From assembly GCF_003018255.1 (NCBI RefSeq), contig NZ_CP027440.1: a stretch of 64,000 nucleotides of DNA; one strand, 5' to 3'. The position numbers and the translations under genes were made by a program. The notes under the pieces were generated by a model. It was given only the letters and a program-made list of their open reading frames with translations. It did no database searches and was not told the origin of the DNA. This stretch comes from Escherichia coli. Its GTDB lineage: Bacteria; Pseudomonadota; Gammaproteobacteria; Enterobacterales; Enterobacteriaceae. Of this stretch, positions 1 through 11,258 are shown piece after piece. Each line of letters begins with the position of its first letter. Positions within the stretch are counted from its first letter, which is position 1.

Positions 1-20
1 AGCGGGGTGGCGTGATGCAT
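1..20 (-). CDS. ybaL: First ~6 codons (MHHATP) of a ybaL-like K+/H+ antiporter gene that runs off the left edge
   Basis: The reverse complement reads AAGGAGACGGA ATG CAT CAC GCC ACC CCG. Its position upstream of fsr matches K-12 synteny. Only 20 nt are visible. Confidence 0.4.
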
Positions 21-257
21 TCCGTCTCCTTTTCCTGGTGGTTATTGTCCATTTTTGGCCGGGAAAACCAAAATTACAGGTAATAGTTTATGACAATTTC
101 ATTGATGATGTTTATGAATAATTGTTGAATTTTGCAGAAAAATGGAATTAGCTGCAAAAAAAGCACGGATCGGAAAACTGAAGGCGGTTTAACAGAGGAA
201 AGGCTTATAGCGACTGTAAAACGATGCAGCCAAAGTTTGCCTTTGGCTGCAATGAAA

Positions 258-1478
258 TCAGTCTTTATGCCGGTTATCAGGCAGGAATATGGTCAACATC
301 CCCAATAGTGGCAGGAAAGCACAGATTTTATAGACTAACTCTATGCTGGTGTGGTCGGCGATAAGCCCCAGAACTGCCGCCCCCAGACCTCCCATGCCAA
401 AAGCAAAACCGAAAAAGAGTCCAGAAACCATACCGATACGTCCCGGAAGTAGCTCCTGAGCGTAGACCAGAATGGCAGAGAATGCCGAAGCGAGGATAAA
501 TCCAATAATCACCGTTAAAACCCCCGTCCAGTGCAGGCTGGCGTAGGGTAAAATCAGCGTAAACGGCGCAACGCCGAGGATAGAGCCCCAAATCACATAT
601 TTTCGCCCAATTTTATCCCCTACAGGCCCGCCGATCACCGTACCTGCCGCAACGGCAAACAGGAAGGCAAACAGATGAAGCTGGGCATTCTGGATAGATA
701 ATCCGAATTTTTGCATCAGATAAAAGGTGTAATAGCTGCTGATGCTCGCCATATAGAAATATTTCGAGAAAATGAGGATTAACAGAATGCTGACCGCCAG
801 TACCACTTTGTTGCGCGGCAGTGGATTGATAATCGTCGCTTTGGGTTTTCCTTTATTCATTCGGTGCTGTGCCGAGTACCAACGGCTAATTTGCGCCAGC
901 ACCACGATCGCCAGCAGTGCCGCAAGCACAAACCAGGCAACGTTGCCTTTGCCATAAGGCGCGATAATCACCGCCGCCAGCAAGGGGCCCAGGGAACTGC
1001 CAAAGTTGCCGCCGACCTGAAAGATAGATTGTGCCAGGCCATGCCGCCCGCCGGACGCCATACGGGCCACGCGAGAAGATTCCGGATGAAAGACCGATGA
1101 ACCGGTACCGACCAGCGCCGCCGCCAGCAGAACTGCGCCAAAACTGCCCGCCAGCGCAAGCAGCACCAGACCACTTAAGGTAAAGCACATGCCAATTGGC
1201 AACGACCACGGCATCGGATATTTATCGGTCCAGTAACCGACCACCGGTTGCAGTAGCGAAGAGGCGAGCTGGAAGGTGAGGGTTATCATGCCAATCTGCA
1301 TAAATGTCAGAGAAAACTCTGACTGAAGCAGCGGATAAATCGCCAGAATCAGCGATTGGATCATGTCGTTCAGCAGATGTGAGAGGCTGATAGCACCTAA
1401 AATACCAAACGATGTTCGGGCCTTGGTCGTTGACGCAGCCGCGCCCGCCACAGGCTGGGTTTGTTCACTCATTGCCAT
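258..1478 (-). CDS. fsr: MFS transporter, fosmidomycin resistance protein Fsr
   Basis: 406-aa ORF with multi-TM MFS-like hydropathy. Sequence and position (divergent from ushA) match E. coli Fsr. Confidence 0.9.
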   Translation of the reverse strand: MAMSEQTQPVAGAAASTTKARTSFGILGAISLSHLLNDMIQSLILAIYPLLQSEFSLTFMQIGMITLTFQLASSLLQPVVGYWTDKYPMPWSLPIGMCFTLSGLVLLALAGSFGAVLLAAALVGTGSSVFHPESSRVARMASGGRHGLAQSIFQVGGNFGSSLGPLLAAVIIAPYGKGNVAWFVLAALLAIVVLAQISRWYSAQHRMNKGKPKATIINPLPRNKVVLAVSILLILIFSKYFYMASISSYYTFYLMQKFGLSIQNAQLHLFAFLFAVAAGTVIGGPVGDKIGRKYVIWGSILGVAPFTLILPYASLHWTGVLTVIIGFILASAFSAILVYAQELLPGRIGMVSGLFFGFAFGMGGLGAAVLGLIADHTSIELVYKICAFLPLLGMLTIFLPDNRHKD

Positions 1479-1695
1479 AGGAAAGTCACTTTTTCAGGGT
1501 TGCGATGTAAAGAATGATCTTATTTGTGATTATTACCCGACTAACATACCTGTATGCGTCGCCTGAAGGAAGTCTCAACGCTGAATACAGAATTTCTAAT
1601 CTGGATGCAGATTTATCTTCACCGGACGCAGACTTGTCTATGATGTCGCGTCATACTATTTTTCAACACGTTGAAATCAGGTCAGGGAGAGAAGT

Positions 1696-3348
1696 ATGAA
1701 ATTATTGCAGCGGGGCGTGGCGTTAGCACTGTTAACCACATTTACACTGGCGAGTGAAGCTGCTCTGGCGTATGAGCAGGATAAAACCTACAAAATTACA
1801 GTTCTGCATACCAATGATCATCATGGGCATTTTTGGCGCAATGAATATGGCGAATATGGTCTGGCGGCGCAAAAAACGCTGGTGGATGGTATCCGCAAAG
1901 AGGTTGCGGCTGAAGGCGGTAGCGTGCTGCTACTTTCCGGTGGCGACATTAACACTGGCGTGCCCGAGTCTGACTTACAGGATGCCGAACCTGATTTTCG
2001 CGGCATGAATCTGGTGGGCTACGATGCGATGGCAATCGGTAATCATGAATTTGATAACCCGCTCACCGTATTACGCCAGCAGGAAAAGTGGGCAAAGTTC
2101 CCGTTACTTTCTGCCAATATCTACCAGAAAAGTACCGGCGAGCGCCTGTTTAAACCATGGGCGCTGTTTAAGCGTCAGGATCTGAAAATTGCCGTTATTG
2201 GCCTGACGACGGATGACACAGCGAAGTTAGGCAACCCAGAAAACTTCACCGATATTGAGTTCCGTAAGCCCGCCGATGAAGCGAAGCTGGTGATTCAGGA
2301 GCTGCAACAGACAGAAAAGCCAGACATTATTATCGCGGCGACCCATATGGGGCATTACGACAATGGTGAGCACGGCTCTAATGCACCGGGCGATGTGGAG
2401 ATGGCACGCGCGCTGCCTGCCGGATCGCTGGCGATGATCGTCGGTGGTCACTCGCAAGATCCGGTCTGCATGGCGGCAGAAAACAAAAAACAGGTCGATT
2501 ACGTGCCGGGTACGCCATGTAAACCGGATCAACAAAACGGCATCTGGATTGTGCAGGCGCATGAGTGGGGCAAATACGTGGGGCGGGCCGACTTTGAGTT
2601 TCGTAATGGCGAAATGAAAATGGTTAACTACCAGCTGATTCCGGTGAACCTGAAGAAGAAAGTGACCTGGGAAGACGGGAAAAGCGAGCGTGTGCTTTAT
2701 ACCCCTGAAATCGCTGAAAACCAGCAAATGATCTCGCTGTTATCGCCGTTCCAGAACAAAGGCAAAGCGCAGCTGGAAGTGAAAATAGGCGAAACCAATG
2801 GTCGTCTGGAAGGCGATCGTGACAAAGTACGTTTTGTACAGACCAATATGGGGCGGTTGATTCTGGCAGCACAAATGGATCGCACTGGTGCCGACTTTGC
2901 GGTGATGAGCGGAGGCGGAATTCGTGATTCTATCGAAGCAGGTGATATCAGCTATAAAAACGTACTGAAAGTGCAGCCATTCGGCAATGTGGTGGTGTAT
3001 GCCGACATGACCGGTAAAGAGGTGATTGATTACCTGACCGCCGTCGCACAAATGAAGCCAGATTCAGGTGCCTACCCGCAATTTGCCAACGTTAGCTTTG
3101 TGGCGAAAGACGGCAAACTCAACGACCTGAAAATCAAAGGCGAACCGGTCGATCCGGCGAAAACTTACCGCATGGCGACATTAAACTTCAATGCCACCGG
3201 CGGGGATGGCTATCCGCGCCTTGATAACAAACCGGGCTATGTGAATACCGGCTTTATTGATGCCGAAGTGCTGAAAGCGTATATCCAGAAAAGCTCGCCG
3301 CTGGATGTGAGTGTTTATGAACCGAAAGGTGAGGTGAGCTGGCAGTAA
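1696..3348 (+). CDS. ushA: UDP-sugar hydrolase / 5'-nucleotidase (periplasmic)
   Basis: 550-aa ORF with a signal peptide. It has the metallophosphoesterase motifs DHHGH and GNHEFD and matches UshA. Confidence 0.95.
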   Translation: MKLLQRGVALALLTTFTLASEAALAYEQDKTYKITVLHTNDHHGHFWRNEYGEYGLAAQKTLVDGIRKEVAAEGGSVLLLSGGDINTGVPESDLQDAEPDFRGMNLVGYDAMAIGNHEFDNPLTVLRQQEKWAKFPLLSANIYQKSTGERLFKPWALFKRQDLKIAVIGLTTDDTAKLGNPENFTDIEFRKPADEAKLVIQELQQTEKPDIIIAATHMGHYDNGEHGSNAPGDVEMARALPAGSLAMIVGGHSQDPVCMAAENKKQVDYVPGTPCKPDQQNGIWIVQAHEWGKYVGRADFEFRNGEMKMVNYQLIPVNLKKKVTWEDGKSERVLYTPEIAENQQMISLLSPFQNKGKAQLEVKIGETNGRLEGDRDKVRFVQTNMGRLILAAQMDRTGADFAVMSGGGIRDSIEAGDISYKNVLKVQPFGNVVVYADMTGKEVIDYLTAVAQMKPDSGAYPQFANVSFVAKDGKLNDLKIKGEPVDPAKTYRMATLNFNATGGDGYPRLDNKPGYVNTGFIDAEVLKAYIQKSSPLDVSVYEPKGEVSWQ

Positions 3349-3355
3349 TCCGAAA

Positions 3356-3379
3356 GTGCCGGATGTTCGCATCCGGCAC
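3356..3379. repeat. REP-like hairpin between convergent ushA and ybaK; probable bidirectional terminator
   Basis: GTGCCGGAT-GTTCGC-ATCCGGCAC is a perfect 9-bp stem containing the GCCGGATG REP signature. Confidence 0.55.
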
Positions 3380-3384
3380 AATGC

Positions 3385-3879
<495 letters not shown>

Positions 3880-4067
3880 TTAAACAAAAAAACGAAGCAA
3901 GCATACGCCTGATGGCGGTCCAAAAAAAAGAGTCATCTTGCCTAAGAGTATTGGCAGGATGGTGAGATTGAGCGACAATCGAGTTACACCGTCGCTTAAA
4001 GTGACGGCATAATAATAAAAATATGAAATTCCTCTTTGACGGGCCAATAGCGATATTGGCCATTTTT

Positions 4068-4862
4068 TTAGCGCAACATCTGCGGCAAATTCCCTTCTCC
4101 ATACAGGTGTAGTGCACCGACCGCGACCACATATCGCCCCGGCGGCATGGCGCGTAATTTGTCCCGCCAGGCGAGATTTCGCTGATGCATCAGCACATCG
4201 TACAGCGACTGACTGAACGTATTAGGCAGCGTTATTTCATTATTTTGTGGCGGTGTATTCAGCCACCAGCTCATCATTTGTTGCAGCAACCGTGCGTTGG
4301 TGTGCCAGTGGGTCAGCGTATCGTCCAGCAGCGCCAGTCCGTTGTCAGGGAGCTGGAGCAACATGGCAATCTGGTTTTCTGCCCCTTCCAGTTCAATCAC
4401 GGGTTTATGTTGTTGCTTCGCCGCCTGCAATAGCTGGTAATCGATACCGTATTCTGCCCGCAGCCCCAGTTTTTGTGCCTGCGTCGCCTGAAGAACCATC
4501 GCGATTTGCCACAGCGGTTGAGTAGAAAAGAGCGACGGAGAAATGCCCATCTCCTGGCTAATATGCTGCAGATTTTGGAGTTGCTCCTCGCTAATGCGCT
4601 CTTCCAGCGTCTCGCAGGCAGGCAAATTAGCAAAAGGCGTATCGCTGGTGGAAACATCCGCCTCGACGATCAGCGCATCGGCGTTTTTGAGCTTTTTGAG
4701 CAAACGGGTGGGCAGGGGAGCCATATCGTGGCTACCCATATGAATACTGCCAATCAGATGAAAATGGCGATTGCCGGGAAGAGAGATATCGATAGCAGGC
4801 CAGGTGTAATGATTACCGCGCAGCGCGGCCCAAAGCGTTTTTACCCGGTACAACAGATCCAT
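4068..4862 (-). CDS. ybaP: TraB-family protein
   Basis: 264-aa ORF matching YbaP; synteny. Confidence 0.9.
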   Translation of the reverse strand: MDLLYRVKTLWAALRGNHYTWPAIDISLPGNRHFHLIGSIHMGSHDMAPLPTRLLKKLKNADALIVEADVSTSDTPFANLPACETLEERISEEQLQNLQHISQEMGISPSLFSTQPLWQIAMVLQATQAQKLGLRAEYGIDYQLLQAAKQQHKPVIELEGAENQIAMLLQLPDNGLALLDDTLTHWHTNARLLQQMMSWWLNTPPQNNEITLPNTFSQSLYDVLMHQRNLAWRDKLRAMPPGRYVVAVGALHLYGEGNLPQMLR

Positions 4863-4994
4863 ACGACCTCCCTTTGTGAAATATCATGCTAGCGCGCGGG
4901 GAGGGATGGCGCAAATGGAGTTGATTGTTGCACTTGCGCACAGTGCTTGTGTGCATTACAATGATTAAATAATGGACAAGGAGATGAGAGAGGA

Positions 4995-5297
4995 ATGGCT
5001 CAAAAGAAAAATATAAGGAGTTTTCGTGATGCCTGGTTGGCTGATTTTTTTGTCCATTCAACGCCACATCGAAAGATCCCTGCTGAAATCCATACCACGT
5101 TATCACGAAAGTTGGACATCATTAATGCTGCCACTTCTCATCGGGATTTACGCTCCCCTCCGGGGAACCGATACGAAGAGTTATCCGGGAAATTACAGGA
5201 ATACTCCTCCATTAGAGTGAATAAACAGTACCGACTGATTTTTAAATGGGTTAATGGCAAGGCCGAAGAATTGTTTTTAGACCCACACAACTACTAA
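4995..5297 (+). CDS. HigB-like (plasmid maintenance system killer, RelE/ParE-fold) type II toxin
   Basis: 100-aa ORF 35 nt upstream of the HigA-like ybaQ. The pattern IRSF..WL..FF...IP........L..I..A....DL..PPGN..E.L.G....YSIRVN.QYRLIF.W.NG.A..L...NY follows the HigB family layout. Confidence 0.75.
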   Translation: MAQKKNIRSFRDAWLADFFVHSTPHRKIPAEIHTTLSRKLDIINAATSHRDLRSPPGNRYEELSGKLQEYSSIRVNKQYRLIFKWVNGKAEELFLDPHNY

Positions 5298-5332
5298 AAC
5301 ATAGCTGTCGTATTGACGAGAAAGGTAAAACT

Positions 5333-5674
5333 ATGAAACAGGCAACAAGAAAACCGACGACACCCGGAGATATTCTTCTCTATGAATATCTGGAACCGCT
5401 CGATTTGAAAATCAATGAGTTAGCAGAGTTGCTGCATGTTCATCGTAATAGCGTCAGTGCACTGATCAATAACAATCGTAAACTCACCACTGAGATGGCA
5501 TTCCGTCTGGCGAAAGTTTTTGATACCACAGTCGATTTTTGGCTAAACCTCCAGGCGGCAGTTGATCTTTGGGAAGTTGAAAACAACATGCGTACCCAGG
5601 AAGAATTGGGACGGATTGAAACAGTGGCTGAATATTTGGCACGCCGTGAAGAGCGTGCAAAAAAGGTCGCGTAG
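5333..5674 (+). CDS. ybaQ: HigA-family XRE-HTH antitoxin / putative regulator
   Basis: 113-aa ORF matching YbaQ. HTH segment INELAELLHVHRNSVSALINNNRKLT. Paired with the upstream toxin ORF. Confidence 0.85.
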   Translation: MKQATRKPTTPGDILLYEYLEPLDLKINELAELLHVHRNSVSALINNNRKLTTEMAFRLAKVFDTTVDFWLNLQAAVDLWEVENNMRTQEELGRIETVAEYLARREERAKKVA

Positions 5675-5731
5675 AATAATTTCCCTATAACGGATGCGCC
5701 ACCCTAAAGCAGTGCATCCGCAATGATGTAC

Positions 5732-8236
5732 TTATTCCTTCGGTTTAAACCGCAGCAACCGGTTGGCGTTACTCACTACGGTAATCGACGAGAGCGCCAT
5801 TGCCGCTCCGGCGACCACCGGGTTAAGCAGCGTACCGGTGAACGGCCACAAAATACCGGCGGCGACCGGAATACCAATGCTGTTGTAGATAAACGCACCG
5901 AGCAGGTTCTGCTTCATGTTGCGCAGCGTTGCGCGGGAAATTGCGAGCGCATCCGCAACACCCATCAGGCTATGGCGCATCAGGGTAATCGCCGCGGTTT
6001 CAATGGCAACATCACTGCCGCCACCCATCGCAATACCGACATCCGCCTGAGCCAGCGCTGGCGCATCGTTAATGCCGTCGCCCACCATTGCTACCTGACG
6101 TCCTTCACTTTGCAGACGTTTGATCGCTTCGGCTTTACCGTCTGGCAGCACGCCGGCTATCACCTCATCAATCCCTGCTTCTTTAGCGATCGCATTGGCG
6201 GTGGTCGGGTTATCCCCGGTTAGCATCACCAGGCGATATCCCGCTTTATGCAGGCGTTGCAGCGCCGCCACGCTATCACTACGCAACGGATCGCGTACAG
6301 CCAGCAGGGCTACCGCTTTCCCGTCAACCGCCAGCAGCACAGGCGTTGCCCCTTGCGATGCCTGAGCTGAAATATCTGCTTCAATTGCTTTGGTATCGAC
6401 CTGTTGGTCATTTAACAGCGCCTGATTACCCAGCAATACCGCATGACCTTCAGCTTCACCGCTCACACCCAGCCCGCGCAATGTGCGGAAACCGTTGACC
6501 TGCGGCAGCTGCATATCACCTGCTTTATCGAGGATCGCCCGTGCCAGCGGGTGGCTGGAACCTTGCTCCAGCGCCGCCGCCAGACGCAGCGCCTGCGCTT
6601 CATCAACATCAGCAAATGTTTTTACTGCGACAACCTGCGGCTTCCCTTCGGTCAGCGTCCCGGTTTTATCGAACACCACGGTGTCGAGCGTACTGGCGCG
6701 TTGCAGCGCGTCGGCGTCCCGCACCAGCACGCCAAACTCAGCCGCCCGCCCGACGCCCGAAATAATCGACATCGGCGTCGCCAGTCCCAGCGCACACGGA
6801 CAGGCGATAATCAGCACCGTGGTGGCAATCACCAGGGTATAAACAATTTGCGGTGCCGGGCCAAAGAAATACCAGATTGCCGCACTGACCAGCGCAATGA
6901 CTACCACCACCGGCACAAACACAGCGGAGATTTTATCCGCCAGTTGACCGATTTCTGGCTTGCTGCTCTGGGCCTGTCGCACCATGCGAATGATCCGTGA
7001 CAGCGTAGTATGGCTGCCGACCGCACTGGCGCGAAACAGCACACTGCCGTCCTGTACCACTGTCCCGGCATGGACGCTATCGCCTTCGCCTTTTTGCTGC
7101 GGGATTGGTTCGCCCGTCAGCATCGCTTCATCCAGCCACGCTTCGCCCTGGGTAATTTCACCATCTACCGGCACCCGATCACCCGTCGTCAGGCGCAGCA
7201 ACATACCTGGCTGAACATCTGCCAGCGGCACGTTTTTTTCACCTTCGTTGGTGACCAGGCGCGCCGTCGGTGGGGTTAAATCGAGTAATTTCTCCAGCGC
7301 CTTAGAAGAACGCTGACGTGCGCGCGCTTCCAGCATATGACCGAGATTAATCAGACCGATAATCATCGCACTGGCTTCATAGTAAAGATGTCGCGCTTCC
7401 ATCGGGAACCACTGCGGCCACAGGTTGACGCTCATTGAATAGAGCCACGCCACGCCCGTACCCAGCGCCACCAGCGTATCCATCGTCGCTGCACCGTTCA
7501 GCAGGCTTTTCCATGCGCTGCGGTAAAAATGGCCGCCGGCGAAAACCATTACCGCCAGGGTTATCAGGCCGATAACCAACCACAGGCTGCGGTTGTCGGC
7601 GGTGACCATCATGTTATCGCCGATCATCCCCCAGACCATCACCGGGATACCCACCGCCAGTGCGACAATCGCCTGCCAGCGGAAGCGCTTCATCGTAGCG
7701 ACGGCGGTTTCTTGCTGGCGCTCGCGGCGTTTAGCGTCATCTTCAATCGCTTCCGCGCCGTAGCCCGCTTTTTCCACCGCCTGCACTAAATCTTGTGGGG
7801 AGGCACTGCCCATCACCAGCGCAGTACGCTCCGCCAGGTTTACCCGTGCCTGAGTGACGCCCGGTACGCTTTGCAACGCATTTTGTACGCGGGTGACACA
7901 GCTGGCGCAGCTCATGCCGCTCAGCAGCAACTGCTGGCTGTCATCGTCATCGGCGGTCGCTGCCGGAAGCGCCTCAGAAACCGCTGTCAGTGCTTCCGAC
8001 GGGATTGATGACTCCGCCAGCGGTTTAGCCTTTGGGTGGCTTACAGATGCGTCATAACCCGCTTGTTTGATGGTTTCGATCAGCTGTTCTGCACTGGCAG
8101 TCCCGGTAACGTGCGCTTCAGTGACAGACACATCCGCCTGCTCAACATCCGGGCGCTGTTCGAGACTTTCTTTCACGCGTTTAACGCAGTGACCGCAGGA
8201 CAGGCCGTCCAGGGTCAGGTCGATAGTTTGTGACAT
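5732..8236 (-). CDS. copA: Cu(I)-translocating P1B-type ATPase
   Basis: 834-aa ORF with two N-terminal GMxCxxC metal-binding domains and the CPC, DKTGT and GDGINDAP motifs. Confidence 0.97.
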   Translation of the reverse strand: MSQTIDLTLDGLSCGHCVKRVKESLEQRPDVEQADVSVTEAHVTGTASAEQLIETIKQAGYDASVSHPKAKPLAESSIPSEALTAVSEALPAATADDDDSQQLLLSGMSCASCVTRVQNALQSVPGVTQARVNLAERTALVMGSASPQDLVQAVEKAGYGAEAIEDDAKRRERQQETAVATMKRFRWQAIVALAVGIPVMVWGMIGDNMMVTADNRSLWLVIGLITLAVMVFAGGHFYRSAWKSLLNGAATMDTLVALGTGVAWLYSMSVNLWPQWFPMEARHLYYEASAMIIGLINLGHMLEARARQRSSKALEKLLDLTPPTARLVTNEGEKNVPLADVQPGMLLRLTTGDRVPVDGEITQGEAWLDEAMLTGEPIPQQKGEGDSVHAGTVVQDGSVLFRASAVGSHTTLSRIIRMVRQAQSSKPEIGQLADKISAVFVPVVVVIALVSAAIWYFFGPAPQIVYTLVIATTVLIIACPCALGLATPMSIISGVGRAAEFGVLVRDADALQRASTLDTVVFDKTGTLTEGKPQVVAVKTFADVDEAQALRLAAALEQGSSHPLARAILDKAGDMQLPQVNGFRTLRGLGVSGEAEGHAVLLGNQALLNDQQVDTKAIEADISAQASQGATPVLLAVDGKAVALLAVRDPLRSDSVAALQRLHKAGYRLVMLTGDNPTTANAIAKEAGIDEVIAGVLPDGKAEAIKRLQSEGRQVAMVGDGINDAPALAQADVGIAMGGGSDVAIETAAITLMRHSLMGVADALAISRATLRNMKQNLLGAFIYNSIGIPVAAGILWPFTGTLLNPVVAGAAMALSSITVVSNANRLLRFKPKE
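8030..8036 (-). promoter_or_regulatory. copA programmed -1 ribosomal frameshift slippery heptamer (yields the CopA(Z) chaperone)
   Basis: C CCA AAG lies at codons 68-69 (..SH PK AKP..), the position reported for E. coli copA frameshifting. Confidence 0.6.
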
Positions 8237-8284
8237 AAAACACTCCTTTTAAGACAGTTTTGACTGGCTGTGATAAAGGTTAAA

Positions 8285-8303
8285 CCTTCCAGCAAGGGGA
8301 AGG
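8285..8303. promoter_or_regulatory. CueR operator within the copA promoter
   Basis: Perfect dyad CCTTCC-AGCAAGG-GGAAGG about 50 nt upstream of the copA start. This is the MerR-type dyad known for PcopA. Confidence 0.7.
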
Positions 8304-8498
8304 TCAAGAAATTAATAAACCAGGCGGGTAAAAGTCCGTAAAGATTAAAAAATCGGCTCGATTTGCATCAGGATTAGACATTTATCTCTTTGTTTTCCTG
8401 TAGTTAAGTTGCGGGTGCTAAGTTAAATCAGGATGCCTGAAAATTGGCACCGGGGTGAGGAATTACCTCCCGCATCTATAAAAAGGAGTTAACAAAAG

Positions 8499-9431
8499 AT
8501 GTTAGATGCAAACAAATTACAGCAGGCAGTGGATCAGGCTTACACCCAATTTCACTCACTTAACGGCGGACAAAATGCCGACTACATTCCCTTTCTGGCG
8601 AATGTACCTGGTCAACTGGCAGCAGTGGCTATTGTGACCTGCGATGGCAACATCTATCGCGCGGGTGATAGTGATTACCGCTTTGCGCTAGAATCCATCT
8701 CGAAAGTCTGTACGTTAGCCCTTGCGTTAGAAGATGTCGGCCCGCAGGCGGTACAGGACAAAGTTGGCGCTGACCCGACCGGATTGCCCTTTAACTCAGT
8801 TATCGCCTTAGAGTTGCATGGCGGCAAACCGCTGTCGCCACTGGTAAATGCTGGCGCTATTGCCACCACCAGCCTGATTAACGCTGAAAATGCCGAACAA
8901 CGCTGGCAGCGAATTTTACATATCCAACAACAACTGGCTGGTGAGCAGGTAGCGCTCTCTGATGAAGTCAACCAGTCGGAACAAACAACCAACTTCCATA
9001 ACCGGGCCATTGCCTGGCTGCTGTACTCCGCCGGATATCTCTATTGTGATGCAATGGAAGCCTGTGACGTGTACACCCGTCAGTGCTCCACGCTCATCAA
9101 TACTGTTGAACTGGCAACGCTTGGCGCGACGCTGGCGGCGGGTGGTGTGAATCCGCTGACGCATAAACGCGTTCTTCAGGCCGACAACGTGCCGTACATT
9201 CTGGCTGAAATGATGATGGAAGGGCTGTATGGTCGCTCCGGTGACTGGGCGTATCGCGTTGGTTTACCGGGCAAAAGCGGTGTAGGTGGCGGTATTCTGG
9301 CGGTCGTCCCTGGCGTGATGGGAATTGCCGCGTTCTCACCACCGCTGGACGAAGAAGGCAACAGTGTTCGCGGTCAAAAAATGGTGGCATCGGTCGCTAA
9401 GCAACTCGGCTATAACGTGTTTAAGGGCTGA
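8499..9431 (+). CDS. glsA: Glutaminase 1
   Basis: 310-aa ORF matching YbaS/GlsA1 (serine beta-lactamase-like glutaminase). Confidence 0.95.
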   Translation: MLDANKLQQAVDQAYTQFHSLNGGQNADYIPFLANVPGQLAAVAIVTCDGNIYRAGDSDYRFALESISKVCTLALALEDVGPQAVQDKVGADPTGLPFNSVIALELHGGKPLSPLVNAGAIATTSLINAENAEQRWQRILHIQQQLAGEQVALSDEVNQSEQTTNFHNRAIAWLLYSAGYLYCDAMEACDVYTRQCSTLINTVELATLGATLAAGGVNPLTHKRVLQADNVPYILAEMMMEGLYGRSGDWAYRVGLPGKSGVGGGILAVVPGVMGIAAFSPPLDEEGNSVRGQKMVASVAKQLGYNVFKG

Positions 9432-9433
9432 TC

Positions 9434-10726
9434 ATGATGAACACGGAAGGTAATAACGATAACAAACCCCTCGGTCTATGGAACGTCGTTTCCATCGGTA
9501 TTGGGGCAATGGTGGGGGCGGGGATCTTCGCGCTGCTGGGGCAGGCTGCGTTGCTAATGGAAGCCTCGACCTGGGTCGCCTTTGCTTTTGGCGGTATTGT
9601 GGCGATGTTTTCCGGTTATGCCTATGCGCGCCTAGGGGCGAGCTATCCCAGCAATGGCGGTATTATCGACTTCTTTCGTCGCGGATTAGGCAACGGCGTC
9701 TTTTCGCTGGCACTCTCGTTATTGTACCTGTTGACGCTGGCGGTGAGCATCGCCATGGTCGCCCGTGCTTTTGGCGCTTATGCCGTGCAGTTTTTGCATG
9801 AAGGCAGTCAGGAGGAGCACCTTATATTGCTCTACGCGTTGGGGATCATTGCGGTGATGACGCTTTTCAACTCCTTAAGCAACCATGCGGTAGGGCGGCT
9901 GGAAGTGATCCTCGTCGGCATTAAAATGATGATCCTGTTATTGCTGATCATTGCCGGTGTCTGGTCGCTGCAACCGGCGCATATTTCCGTCTCTGCGCCC
10001 CCCAGCTCCGGTGCGTTCTTCTCCTGTATCGGGATAACCTTCCTTGCCTATGCGGGCTTTGGCATGATGGCGAACGCGGCGGATAAAGTGAAAGATCCGC
10101 AGGTCATTATGCCACGGGCGTTTCTGGTGGCGATTGGCGTTACCACGTTGCTTTATATCTCGCTGGCGCTGGTTTTGCTTAGCGATGTATCGGCATTAGA
10201 GTTAGAAAAATATGCCGATACCGCCGTAGCGCAGGCTGCTTCTCCGCTGCTCGGGCATGTGGGTTATGTGATCGTCGTCATCGGCGCTTTACTGGCGACG
10301 GCTTCAGCCATAAACGCGAACCTGTTCGCCGTGTTTAACATCATGGACAACATGGGCAGCGAACGCGAACTGCCGAAGCTAATGAATAAATCCCTGTGGC
10401 GGCAGAGTACCTGGGGCAACATCATTGTCGTGGTGCTGATTATGCTGATGACGGCGGCGCTGAATTTAGGCTCACTCGCCAGCGTTGCCAGCGCCACCTT
10501 TTTGATCTGCTATCTGGCGGTGTTTGTGGTGGCGATCCGCCTGCGTCATGATATTCACGCCTCGTTGCCGATTCTTATCGTTGGTACGTTGGTTATGTTG
10601 TTGGTGATCGTTGGCTTTATCTACAGTCTCTGGTCCCAGGGCAGCCGTGCGCTGATATGGATTATTGGCGCACTCTTACTCAGCCTTATTGTGGCAATGG
10701 TCATGAAGCGCAATAAAACTGTATAA
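9434..10726 (+). CDS. ybaT: APC-family amino-acid transporter
   Basis: 430-aa polytopic ORF with its start 3 nt after the glsA stop. Matches YbaT. Confidence 0.9.
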   Translation: MMNTEGNNDNKPLGLWNVVSIGIGAMVGAGIFALLGQAALLMEASTWVAFAFGGIVAMFSGYAYARLGASYPSNGGIIDFFRRGLGNGVFSLALSLLYLLTLAVSIAMVARAFGAYAVQFLHEGSQEEHLILLYALGIIAVMTLFNSLSNHAVGRLEVILVGIKMMILLLLIIAGVWSLQPAHISVSAPPSSGAFFSCIGITFLAYAGFGMMANAADKVKDPQVIMPRAFLVAIGVTTLLYISLALVLLSDVSALELEKYADTAVAQAASPLLGHVGYVIVVIGALLATASAINANLFAVFNIMDNMGSERELPKLMNKSLWRQSTWGNIIVVVLIMLMTAALNLGSLASVASATFLICYLAVFVVAIRLRHDIHASLPILIVGTLVMLLVIVGFIYSLWSQGSRALIWIIGALLLSLIVAMVMKRNKTV

Positions 10727-10850
10727 CATCTCTCTGTGCGCAGTACCTCCTGTATTATTGTGGTGGCGGTCGATATTCGCACTGGCAAAAAAACGTGCTT
10801 GAATATCTGTTGAAACCCTTTAACAAAGCACAGGAGGCGTTGCGCGAACG

Positions 10851-11258
10851 ATGAACATTAGCGATGTAGCAAAAATTACCGGCCTGACCAGCAAAGCCAT
10901 TCGCTTCTATGAAGAGAAGGGGCTGGTGACGCCGCCGATGCGCAGCGAAAACGGTTATCGCACCTACACGCAGCAGCATCTCAACGAACTGACCTTACTG
11001 CGCCAGGCACGCCAGGTGGGCTTTAACCTGGAGGAGAGCGGCGAACTGGTGAATCTGTTTAACGATCCGCAGCGTCACAGCGCCGACGTCAAACGTCGTA
11101 CGCTGGAGAAAGTGGCGGAGATCGAACAGCATATCGAAGAACTGCAATCCATGCGTAACCAGCTGCTGGCGCTGGCGAATGCCTGCCCCGGTGATGACAG
11201 CGCCGACTGCCCGATTATCGAAAATCTCTCCGGCTGCTGTCATCATCGGGCGGGGTGA
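10851..11258 (+). CDS. cueR: MerR-family Cu(I)-responsive regulator
   Basis: 135-aa ORF with an N-terminal MerR HTH ([21 protein letters not shown]) and the C-terminal CPGDDSADC metal loop. Confidence 0.95.
   Translation: MNISDVAKITGLTSKAIRFYEEKGLVTPPMRSENGYRTYTQQHLNELTLLRQARQVGFNLEESGELVNLFNDPQRHSADVKRRTLEKVAEIEQHIEELQSMRNQLLALANACPGDDSADCPIIENLSGCCHHRAG

Noticed and set aside
5723-7000. 166-aa and 185-aa plus-strand ORFs inside copA, and many similar antisense ORFs in allB (39568-40335), cnoX (17818-18378), gcl, qmcA and glxK
   Set aside because: All are antisense or out-of-frame within unambiguously recognised backbone genes, with biased Arg/His/Gln composition. These are standard shadow ORFs.
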